A DNA stretch of 38,781 bases from Vulcanimicrobiota bacterium (GTDB taxonomy: Bacteria; Vulcanimicrobiota; CADAWZ01; Ess09-12): contig JAVHLM010000011.1 of the NCBI GenBank assembly GCA_031082125.1, forward strand, positions 159,054-197,834. Direction: 5' to 3'. Below the pieces are notes generated by a model. That model was not told the DNA's origin, made no database searches, and saw only the letters and a program-made list of their open reading frames with translations. Position 1 is the stretch's first letter, and each line of letters opens with the position of its first letter. The position numbers and the translations under genes were made by a program. Below are positions 1 to 7,850 of this stretch, piece by piece.

Positions 1-380
1 CAGGTGCAGCCACAGGTGCAGCCACAGGTGCAGCCACAGGCAAGGCCACAGGTGCAGGCACAGCCACAGGTGCAGGCACAGCCACAGGTGCAGCCACAGG
101 CAAGGCCACAGGCAAGGCCGCAGGTGCAGGCACAGCAACAGCCGCAGGTGCAGGCACAGGTGCAGCCGCAGGCAAGGCCACAGGTGCAGGCTCAGCCACA
201 GGCTCAGCCACAGGCGCAGGCACAGCAACAGCCACAGGCAAAGCCACAGGTGCAGCCGCAGGCAAAGCCACAGGTGCAGCCACAGGTGCAGCCACAGGTG
301 CAGCCACAGGTGCAGCCCCAGGTAAGACCCCAGGTGCAGGCGCAGCCACAGGTGCAACCACAGCAGCAGCCCCAGACCCA
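1..380 (+). repeat. In-frame tandem array of ~30 imperfect 12-nt units (CAGGTGCAGCCA / CAGGCAAGGCCA / CAGGTGCAGGCA) encoding (PQVQ/PQAR/AQVQ)n
   Basis: The 12-nt periodicity is visible by eye from nt 1 to about nt 370. It translates to PQVQPQVQPQARPQ... in the frame of the HD-GYP ORF. Confidence 0.9.
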
Positions 381-2448
381 GGAGAGACACCAGGCCCCTG
401 CCGCCCGGCAGCCTTCAGGGGAGAGCTCTTTTCCCTGGACAGGGCTCTCTGCTTCACCGGTAAAACCTGCCCCTCTTGGTGATCAGACATGGAAGCCCAT
501 TCCGGGATCATTGCCGCAGGACAGGAGAGCCCTGACGCCAAGAAATGAATCCCTCACGCAGGGAGGCGACATTGCCCTCAGGGAGTGGACAAACCTGAAA
601 GGGGAAAAAGTGAAGGTTCCCGACTCCCCGCAGCAGCAGAGAGCCGCTGCACCGAAGCCTGAGGCAAAGGAGCCCCCTGCTCAGGAAAAAGCCGCCATCC
701 TGCAGGAAAGAGAGCCTTCGCCGAAACCCCAGGTGCCCGGGAAAGATCAGATCCCGCCTGGCAAAAGCGAAGCCACTGACATATACCGCTCGGTCCTTAA
801 GAGTCTCATAGCTGACAAGGAAATTGAGCCATCTCAGCAGGGCGGGCTGTCGCAGAAAGCCAGGGAGAGCCAGACAGAGCAGCCAAAACCACAGGAGCTT
901 CCAAGAGAGCTTCAGCGCCTGGCTCCACAGCCCCCTGGAGCCAGGGAAAATGAGACACCTCAGGATATCAGCAGGAAAGCTCCCTCATCCAGGGAGCAGG
1001 TGACGGCTGATAAGCTTGCGGAGCAGGAGGAAACAAGGGCTCCCCAGGCTAAAGATCCTGCCCTTGCCCCCCGCGAGGAGCGGCTTATGCTGAGAGGCTC
1101 AGACTCGCTCAGGGAAGCCTTCAGGAAAGAGACGGAACAGGCCAGGAAGCCTTCCGAGCCATCCGAGGCCCCTCCCCGTGAAGAGCCTCTGGAAGCGCCG
1201 AGAGCGCCGATCAGCAGCAAGACATCCATACCGGCTGCCAGGGAAAGAAAGACCGACGAAGGCCCGTCCAGGCAGGCCATCGAGGGACAGCAGCGCTCTG
1301 CAGGCCAGGGAGCGGAGAAACCCCAGATCATGGCAAGCTGGGTAGCCTCATCGGCCCTTCCCGATGAGGGAAGGCCTTACCTGTCCAGGGGAGCCGCGCA
1401 TAAGGAACAGGATAAGTTCGCCTCCTTCAGCGATAAACAGATGATAGAGCGCGTCGAGAAGCATGAGAGAGGCTCCGGAGGCCAGGGACAGGAACAGGGC
1501 TCCTCAGGTGACGGGCAGGAGCGGGGAAGGTCCCGGTGGTCCTCAATGCCGCAGAATGCCCCGGCAAGGAGCGAGGCCCAGAAATCCCAGCCGGCGCCGC
1601 AGCAGGCAGCCGTGGAGACATTCAAGAAAGCTGCCGTGGAAAAGCAGAGGGAAACGGTAACCAGGATAGTGCAGGCGAGCAGGCAGGCGCCCATCAGGCT
1701 CACCGAAGAGGCGGCAAAGCACGCCGCCACCTCTATTGAGAGCATCCTCAAGAAATCGCAGAAAGAGACCTGGACAGGCGATGAGATGGCCACCAAGCTC
1801 ATAGCGCTTCTGATGAAATCCAGCAGCGAATATACTTATGACCACAGCACCCGTGTCATCGATCTCTCGGTAATGCTGGCGAAAGAGATGGGGATAACGG
1901 AAGAAGAAACTCTCCGGGATATCGAGGAGGGTGCCATGTTCCACGATATAGGTGAAGTGGAGCTTGATCTGAGGATGGCTCCTCCGCAGGTGAAGTCACG
2001 CCTTGCGCACTATATCGGCGTCACCGATCTCAAGAACTGCAGCTTCCTCCATGACATAGGGAAGATAAAGATTCCCGAGGAAGTGCTCTACAAGCCCTCA
2101 AGGCTTACCGACGAGGAATACGAGATCATCAAGCAGCACCCCCTGATAGGGGAAGAGATACTGAGACCCATCCCTGCCATGCAGCATGTCCTGCCCGTGG
2201 TGCGCCACCATCATGAGCGCTGGGACGGCAAGGGCTACCCTGACGGCCAGAGCGGCAGCGATATCCCACTTCCCGCGAGGATAATAGCCATCACTGATGC
2301 TTTTGACGCAATGGTGTCGGACAGGCCTTACAGGAAAGGGATCCCCCTTGAGGATGCCCTGGCGGAGATCAGGAAGAATTCCGGCGTCCAGTTTGACCCT
2401 GACCTGGTGCAGGCATTCCTGCAGGTGGTGGATAAGCACTACCGCTGA
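1..2448 (+). CDS. HD-GYP domain protein (putative c-di-GMP phosphodiesterase), 5'-truncated at the window edge. It has a P/Q-rich low-complexity N-terminal region.
   Basis: The C-terminal ~200 aa carry the HD motifs (HDIGE/HDIGK) and 'HHERWDGKGYPDG' (the GYP motif). The ORF runs open to nt 1 with no start codon, so it is partial. Confidence 0.85.
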   Translation, partial: QVQPQVQPQVQPQARPQVQAQPQVQAQPQVQPQARPQARPQVQAQQQPQVQAQVQPQARPQVQAQPQAQPQAQAQQQPQAKPQVQPQAKPQVQPQVQPQVQPQVQPQVRPQVQAQPQVQPQQQPQTQERHQAPAARQPSGESSFPWTGLSASPVKPAPLGDQTWKPIPGSLPQDRRALTPRNESLTQGGDIALREWTNLKGEKVKVPDSPQQQRAAAPKPEAKEPPAQEKAAILQEREPSPKPQVPGKDQIPPGKSEATDIYRSVLKSLIADKEIEPSQQGGLSQKARESQTEQPKPQELPRELQRLAPQPPGARENETPQDISRKAPSSREQVTADKLAEQEETRAPQAKDPALAPREERLMLRGSDSLREAFRKETEQARKPSEPSEAPPREEPLEAPRAPISSKTSIPAARERKTDEGPSRQAIEGQQRSAGQGAEKPQIMASWVASSALPDEGRPYLSRGAAHKEQDKFASFSDKQMIERVEKHERGSGGQGQEQGSSGDGQERGRSRWSSMPQNAPARSEAQKSQPAPQQAAVETFKKAAVEKQRETVTRIVQASRQAPIRLTEEAAKHAATSIESILKKSQKETWTGDEMATKLIALLMKSSSEYTYDHSTRVIDLSVMLAKEMGITEEETLRDIEEGAMFHDIGEVELDLRMAPPQVKSRLAHYIGVTDLKNCSFLHDIGKIKIPEEVLYKPSRLTDEEYEIIKQHPLIGEEILRPIPAMQHVLPVVRHHHERWDGKGYPDGQSGSDIPLPARIIAITDAFDAMVSDRPYRKGIPLEDALAEIRKNSGVQFDPDLVQAFLQVVDKHYR

Positions 2449-2490
2449 CCCGGCACTTCCTGCCCCCCTCCCCCATAAAGGAGAGAGCCT

Positions 2491-3405
2491 GTGGATATTT
2501 TCCTCGAGGAGCGCACCAGGAGAAGAAACTTCACGAAAAACATCGCCCTGGGAGGCATTCTCACCGGCATTGCTGTCATTTTCACCATTGTGGGAAACCT
2601 TTTTGCATTCCTGGACATCCTGCAGTTCCTCGCCGTGACCCCCCTCATCATTGCCGGAGCTTCAAGAGGCCTCGCCTTCAGCGCCAAAGTCACGGCGGCT
2701 TCGACGATACTGGTGGGCATCATATACGGCTTTTTCCCTGCAGGGCTCTTCTTCTTTCTTGCCAACGGCCCGCTTGGCCTTGCCCTGGGCTGCCTCTTCA
2801 GGGAGAAGGCGGGCCCAAAGGCCATTGTCCTCACTACGATGGCACTGATTGCCCTGAACATCGTGCTTGTTATCTTCATAGGCATAAAATTCATGGGAAT
2901 ACATCTCGAGAAGGAGCTTGTCGAGACGGCTGCGTACTTCCACATGGAGGGGAGCCGCCTCATCAGGCAGTTCTACCTTTTCTGCCCCTCGCTCCTGTTC
3001 TTCGCCGCCCTTGCCTACGCCTTTTACATCTGGCTCTTCAACACTTATCTCCTCAAGAAGATGAAGCTCTCATCAGAGAAGCCCCTCTTCCATGATTACC
3101 TGGAAATCATGGACTTCCCCCGCTACTTCATCATTATTGTGACAGGCTCCCTGCTGGTCCTGCTCCTCAGCAGCACGCTCAAAAGCGGCCTCGTCCATTT
3201 CATAGCACTGAACGTCACCTGCATTTTCTGCATACTTTTCTTCTTCAAGGGCGTCTTCTTTATCAACAGTTCCATGCCCGGCAGGCTCCACTGGAGCCTC
3301 CGCATTGTCCTTTTCCTTTTCTCGGTGACGGTGGGAATACCCGTCATTGTCCTGTCGGGAATTGTTGCCACGATGCTTCCCAGGGGGAGGCCTGCCCCAC
3401 TTTAA
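2491..3405 (+). CDS. Polytopic integral membrane protein with about 8 hydrophobic helices; function unknown
   Basis: GTG start at 2491 is preceded by the RBS AAAGGAGAGAG (2477-2487). The protein is dominated by hydrophobic segments. Confidence 0.6.
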   Translation: MDIFLEERTRRRNFTKNIALGGILTGIAVIFTIVGNLFAFLDILQFLAVTPLIIAGASRGLAFSAKVTAASTILVGIIYGFFPAGLFFFLANGPLGLALGCLFREKAGPKAIVLTTMALIALNIVLVIFIGIKFMGIHLEKELVETAAYFHMEGSRLIRQFYLFCPSLLFFAALAYAFYIWLFNTYLLKKMKLSSEKPLFHDYLEIMDFPRYFIIIVTGSLLVLLLSSTLKSGLVHFIALNVTCIFCILFFFKGVFFINSSMPGRLHWSLRIVLFLFSVTVGIPVIVLSGIVATMLPRGRPAPL

Positions 3406-3487
3406 AAGGCCCTCTGTGGGAAGGTAACGGGCCCGTCAACAGCAAATAACAAGATACATGCCGCAGGCAGATTGTAAGGAGGAACCT

Positions 3488-4027
3488 ATGGACGTCATCG
3501 ATGCAATAAAGACCAGGAGAAGCATCAGGAAATTCAAAAGCGACCCGGTAAAGCGGGAGCTCCTCGAGGAAGCTCTTGAGAGTGCCAGGTATTCACCGTC
3601 ATGGGCAAACACCCAGGTATGGGAGATAATTGTCGTGGAAGATCAGAAGATAAAGGAAGCCCTCTCGGAGACTCTTCCCCCGGGGAATCCTTCAAAAAAT
3701 TCAGTGAAGGAGGCCCCGGTGGTGCTGGCGGCCTGCGGGAAAAAGGGGGCCTCAGGCTTCTACAAGGGAGCACAGTCCACGGTGCTCGGCGACTGGCTCA
3801 TGTTCGACGTGGCGCTCTTTCTCTCTACCCTGAACCTCGCGCTCCACGCGAAAGGCCTGGGAATGGTCCATGTAGGGCTCTTCGATATTCCAGAGGCGTC
3901 GGAGATCCTTGGCATTCCCGATTCAGTGCAGCTGGTGGAACTGCTGCCTGTCGGCTTTCCCGACCAGGCTCCCTCCGCGCCAAAGCGCAGGGAATCCAGC
4001 GAGTTCACCCACTGGGGGCGCTATTGA
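3488..4027 (+). CDS. Nitroreductase-family (FMN-dependent) oxidoreductase
   Basis: The protein begins 'IDAIKTRRSIRKF...' and has a nitroreductase fold signature. ATG 3488 lies 7 nt after a perfect AGGAGG. Confidence 0.75.
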   Translation: MDVIDAIKTRRSIRKFKSDPVKRELLEEALESARYSPSWANTQVWEIIVVEDQKIKEALSETLPPGNPSKNSVKEAPVVLAACGKKGASGFYKGAQSTVLGDWLMFDVALFLSTLNLALHAKGLGMVHVGLFDIPEASEILGIPDSVQLVELLPVGFPDQAPSAPKRRESSEFTHWGRY

Positions 4028-4041
4028 CCAGGAGCCTGAAG

Positions 4042-4707
4042 GTGACTGCCTTGAAGCATCCCGGACTTGTGGGGGCTTTTCTTCTCGCTGCCCTGGTGCT
4101 GCTTCTCCCTTACCCTGCTCCTGGAGCGCCTGCAATGCCCGCCTCCCCAGAAAGCCTCAAGGCGCTTGTCATCACCGGCCTGGCCGATGCGGAGAAAGGC
4201 CTCAATGATTATTCGTCGCAGGTGAAGCTCAAGCTTTCGGTGAGCTTCGGCTCCCTCTCGACGCGGCTTGACCTGGACGGCACCTTTTACTATAAGTCTC
4301 CCCGGCGCTGCGCCCTCAAGGTGCACAACGGGCCTCCCCTCATCAACAAGTACCCCCAGGTTTTCTCGTGGTGCCTCAGGCGCTGCGACACAGGCCTCTG
4401 GAAAGTGAAGGGGCTTAATGACGGCTTTTACCTCGCGGAGTGCACCCCCGGGAAGGGAGAGCTTGAGAAGCAGGAGCTCTGGATTGATAAAAAGGACTTT
4501 ACCATACCTTATGAAGAATTGAGTTATGCCCGCGAAGGGAAGGTGAAAATCACCTCCACCTTCAGAAATGTGGAAGACTTCACTCTCTACGACACCGTCA
4601 AGGCGTCCGTGAGCTTTCCCGCCTCGCAGGTAAAAGCCTATATCCATATGAAGCACGGAGCATGCTCGATAAACAAAGGAATTCCCGAATCGGTCTTCGA
4701 AAAATAA
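4042..4707 (+). CDS. Secreted hypothetical protein with an N-terminal signal peptide, possibly a LolA-like fold
   Basis: An in-frame GTG at 4042 gives 'VTALKHPGLVGAFLLAALVLLLPYPAPGAPA', a signal-peptide-like N-terminus. The longer 3601 start would overlap the nitroreductase gene and was rejected. The stop overlaps the TldD start (TAATGA). Confidence 0.5.
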   Translation: MTALKHPGLVGAFLLAALVLLLPYPAPGAPAMPASPESLKALVITGLADAEKGLNDYSSQVKLKLSVSFGSLSTRLDLDGTFYYKSPRRCALKVHNGPPLINKYPQVFSWCLRRCDTGLWKVKGLNDGFYLAECTPGKGELEKQELWIDKKDFTIPYEELSYAREGKVKITSTFRNVEDFTLYDTVKASVSFPASQVKAYIHMKHGACSINKGIPESVFEK

Positions 4708-6107
4708 TGACGCCTCAAGAGAAATCCATGATACAGTCCAGTGAATTCCGAAGCCTTCTCAAGGAGCTCACCTCGCTGCTCTCGGCGAAGATTCCTTACA
4801 GCTCGGCCCTTGCAATGGAGAAATCAAGCCTTACCATCACCATTGACAGCAAGTCCCGCTCCATCGAGGAGCGCACCTACGGTACCGGCACAGTCTTCAG
4901 GGCTTTCAACGGCTCATTCTTTGAGGAGCTGTCGGTAAACTCCATGACAGGCGAGTCACTGGCAAGAGAGGTAAGGAACTTTCTTCCGGGGCTTTCTCAG
5001 GGAAGCAGGGGCGGCCATTACGATGCCGTGAGCTACGGTACCCGTGATTTCCTGACACCCGTCATGATTGATCCGAGGTCCGTGCCTCTCGGGGAAAAGA
5101 TTGAAAGCCTCGAGAACCTTAAAGAAGTGCTCATGCACCTGGACAGCGCCATCAAGGACGTGCAGGTCTCCTACAGGGAAGCCCGGGAATTCGCAACCTT
5201 CGTGGACGGGGGCAGCGACCTTCACCAGGAGATCATCAGGACCCACATAGTCATAGTCGCCTTTGCAAATGCCGAGGGGAAAACAGTATATGAAGCCCTC
5301 GCCCAGGGAGGCGCCACGGGATATGAAGTGCTCTCCTTCGACGCCGCCGAATTTGAAAAGCTCAAGGACAATCTCCAGGCACTCTACCGCTCAGATTTCA
5401 TCACCCCCGGCGTTTACACGGTTATCATGGCTCCGCTGGTGACGGGCATCATCGCCCATGAAAGCTTCGGCCACGGTGTCGAGATGGACCTGTTCCTGAA
5501 GCGCAAGTCGAAGGCCCGGCTCTACATGCATAAGGAGATAGCCTCACCCCTCGTGACGATGAAAGATGACCCGTCGCTCCCCGGCTGCAGCGGCACCTAT
5601 TTCTTCGATGACGAAGGGATCCTATCCCGCCCTGCCTTGATTATTGACGAGGGGATCCTGAAAGGCGGCCTCTCGGACCGGGCATCAGCGGCGGCGCTTG
5701 GCGTGCCTGCCACAGGAAATGGCCGAAGGGAAAGCTATGCGAGAAAAGTCTACGCAAGGATGTCCAATACCTTTATAGAGCCCCAGCACGCCAGCATTGA
5801 AGATCTTATGAGCCTGGCCGGCGACGGGATTTACATTGACAGCCCTATGGGAGGCATGGAGGATCCCCAGGGATGGGGCATCCAGGTCACGGCAAAGATT
5901 GGAAGGGAGTTCAGGAAAGGGAGATTCACCGGGAAGGTCTTTTCTCCCCTCGCCATCACCGGTTATGTGCCCGACCTCCTGAAAAGCATCAGCGGCGTCG
6001 GCTCTGATTTCAGGATGTACCCGGGCACATGTGGAAAGGGCTATAAAGAGATGATACCGGTGGGTATCGGGGGACCGCATATTCTCGCGAGGTGCAGGCT
6101 TGGATGA
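4707..6107 (+). CDS. tldD: TldD-family metalloprotease
   Basis: It has the 'IAHESFGHGVE' HExxxH-type motif and the length of the TldD/PmbA family. It is translationally coupled on both sides. Confidence 0.8.
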   Translation: MTPQEKSMIQSSEFRSLLKELTSLLSAKIPYSSALAMEKSSLTITIDSKSRSIEERTYGTGTVFRAFNGSFFEELSVNSMTGESLAREVRNFLPGLSQGSRGGHYDAVSYGTRDFLTPVMIDPRSVPLGEKIESLENLKEVLMHLDSAIKDVQVSYREAREFATFVDGGSDLHQEIIRTHIVIVAFANAEGKTVYEALAQGGATGYEVLSFDAAEFEKLKDNLQALYRSDFITPGVYTVIMAPLVTGIIAHESFGHGVEMDLFLKRKSKARLYMHKEIASPLVTMKDDPSLPGCSGTYFFDDEGILSRPALIIDEGILKGGLSDRASAAALGVPATGNGRRESYARKVYARMSNTFIEPQHASIEDLMSLAGDGIYIDSPMGGMEDPQGWGIQVTAKIGREFRKGRFTGKVFSPLAITGYVPDLLKSISGVGSDFRMYPGTCGKGYKEMIPVGIGGPHILARCRLG

Positions 6108-7414
6108 AAGAAAAGCTTATTGATCATATCGCGAGGAGCCTGGAAAAACACCCCGACATCTCCCAGTGGTGCGTAAGGCAGCACCGCGAGAAGGAGTTCC
6201 AGCTCTTCGCCTCCCGGGAAGCCCCCGAGGAGAAAAGAACGGTCATTACCCAGAGCTTCTCCGTTGACCTTTACTTCGTTGAGGGCAAGCACCAGGGAAA
6301 GAGCTCCTTCACAATTCTTCCCCATGAAATCGACGGACTCCCCGGGAAAATTGAGAGCGCCGTCAATTACGCGAAGAAGCTCCCCTGCAACAGGCTCTTC
6401 TTCCTGCCGCCGCCGCAGCGTTACAGGAAAGTCGCCGCCTGTGACAGGAGCCTCCTCGCCGACCCTCAGATGAACGCGGAAGCCCTCTGGCATGGCGTCA
6501 CGAGGCCCTTCAGAGGGAAAAAGCATGAAAAGCTCGCCACCTGCGAGATATTCATCACCAGCGCCGTTTCTAACATCCGCAACAGCAGGGGGCTTGCGGG
6601 CTCCTTCGAGGAGACGCGCCTCCTGCTGGACCTTGTCGTAATGGCGCAGGCCGGGGAAAACGAGGCTGAGTCCCACAGCGAGTCCTCAATGCGGACTCCC
6701 AGGGATTTTTCACCTGAAGGGGCCGTCAGCGCTCTCACCCTGTCGGCCCGCGAGAAGCTCGGCGCCTCTTTACCGCCCTCGGGGAGCTTCCCCGTGGTCC
6801 TCAGCAGGGAAGCGCTCCTCACCCTCTTCACCCCTTTCATTTTTCATGCCTCGGCTGCGGCCTTTGACAAAAGCCTGAGCGTCTTCAGGAGAGGAAAGCC
6901 CGCGTGGAAGGGAGGAGCTCTCAAAGGCGAGGGCCTCACCGTCATATCGGACCCTCACATCCCCCTGGGCCTGAAAAGCTTCCCCTTTGACAGGGACGGC
7001 ACCGCTTCGAAGAAGGTCAGGATCATTGACAAGGGTATCTTCAGGAACATATGGGCACCCTGCGAGCATGCCGAATATCTCAGAATGCCTCCCACGGGAG
7101 CCTTTGGCAACACCGTTGTCGCCGCCGGCGAGACGCCCATGGAATCGCTCCTCGCAGAGGGAAGCGAAGTGCTCCATATCAAGGAGTTCTCCCACATGGA
7201 GCCCGACGTGACGTCAGGAAATTTCACAGGGGAGCTTCGCCTGGGCTCGTGGCGCTCGAGAGGGAAATCGCGGGCCGTCAAGGGAGGAAGCGTGTCGGGA
7301 AACGTGTTCGAGGTCTTCTCGCACGCCCGCTTCGCCCGGGAGCCCTTCTCGATGAACTCCTATTACGGCCCGGTGGCCATAAGGTTTGAAAGCATCGCCG
7401 TCTCGGGAGCTTAG
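6104..7414 (+). CDS. tldE: TldE/PmbA-family protein, the partner of TldD
   Basis: It lies immediately downstream of tldD with an ATGA overlap. It has PmbA_TldD-family length and composition and no HExxxH motif, as expected for TldE. Confidence 0.7.
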   Translation: MKEKLIDHIARSLEKHPDISQWCVRQHREKEFQLFASREAPEEKRTVITQSFSVDLYFVEGKHQGKSSFTILPHEIDGLPGKIESAVNYAKKLPCNRLFFLPPPQRYRKVAACDRSLLADPQMNAEALWHGVTRPFRGKKHEKLATCEIFITSAVSNIRNSRGLAGSFEETRLLLDLVVMAQAGENEAESHSESSMRTPRDFSPEGAVSALTLSAREKLGASLPPSGSFPVVLSREALLTLFTPFIFHASAAAFDKSLSVFRRGKPAWKGGALKGEGLTVISDPHIPLGLKSFPFDRDGTASKKVRIIDKGIFRNIWAPCEHAEYLRMPPTGAFGNTVVAAGETPMESLLAEGSEVLHIKEFSHMEPDVTSGNFTGELRLGSWRSRGKSRAVKGGSVSGNVFEVFSHARFAREPFSMNSYYGPVAIRFESIAVSGA

Positions 7415-7430
7415 GAGTGGGAGGTCCGGT

Positions 7431-7499
7431 ATGAGCGTGAACGTAAAGAGCGTAGAGTTTTTCAGCAGCGGTTGTCTCCGGACCCTCGAACGGCCCTGA
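7431..7499 (+). CDS. Possible 22-aa small ORF (MSVNVKSVEFFSSGCLRTLERP) 16 nt downstream of tldE
   Basis: GGGAGG at 7419-7424 is spaced 6 nt before ATG 7431. The ORF is too short to appear in the ORF track. Confidence 0.15.
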   Translation: MSVNVKSVEFFSSGCLRTLERP

Positions 7500-7850
7500 T
7501 TTCCTGGCATCCCTGATGGAGCCGCAGGAATGGGAGCTCCTGCTTGAGGAGATTGAGACTGATCGCTCGAACCGCGCGGTGACCGGGAAATCAAAGGCAG
7601 GTCGCCCTCTCTCTCCAGTGGTTTGACAGGCACCTGAAAGCTCCCCTCCCCCCCAGATCATAGCTTCCCCGTTATTTCCATCCCTCTAAAAAAAAGTTCC
7701 GCCCGGCAGCAGACCGGATCTGAAACGCGGGGAAACCGGCCTGGTCCTTCACTGACTCTCGCTTCATGGCATTCAGAGTCATTTTTGACCTTTTAACCTC
7801 TTCCGGGCCCTCTGGAGGGCATCCTGTGACGGCCTTTTATCCTCTCTGTG

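Noticed and set aside
1-380. Could the short regular repeats be a CRISPR array?
   Set aside because: The units are 12 nt, contiguous with no spacers, and in-frame inside a long ORF encoding PQVQ repeats. This is a coding tandem repeat and not a CRISPR array.
3601-4707. 368-aa ORF in the track that overlaps the nitroreductase gene in another frame
   Set aside because: The N-terminal 147 codons are an out-of-frame overlap of the nitroreductase CDS. An in-frame GTG at 4042 gives a signal peptide and a tidy 14-nt intergenic gap, so the gene was shortened.
3488-7414. Microcin B17-like TOMM/LAP cluster (nitroreductase-fold dehydrogenase plus TldD/E)
   Set aside because: There is no YcaO cyclodehydratase or McbB-like gene, and no Cys/Ser/Gly-rich precursor. 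The nitroreductase is a small generic one (179 aa), not McbC-sized. It is kept only as a weak operon-level observation.
7415-7847. tRNA, ncRNA or IS remnant in the 430-bp gap between tldE and the HNH gene
   Set aside because: There is no cloverleaf-compatible sequence, no terminal inverted repeats and no transposase-like ORF. It has only short ORFs and homopolymer runs (CCCCCCC, AAAAAAAA). It is left as unexplained non-coding DNA.
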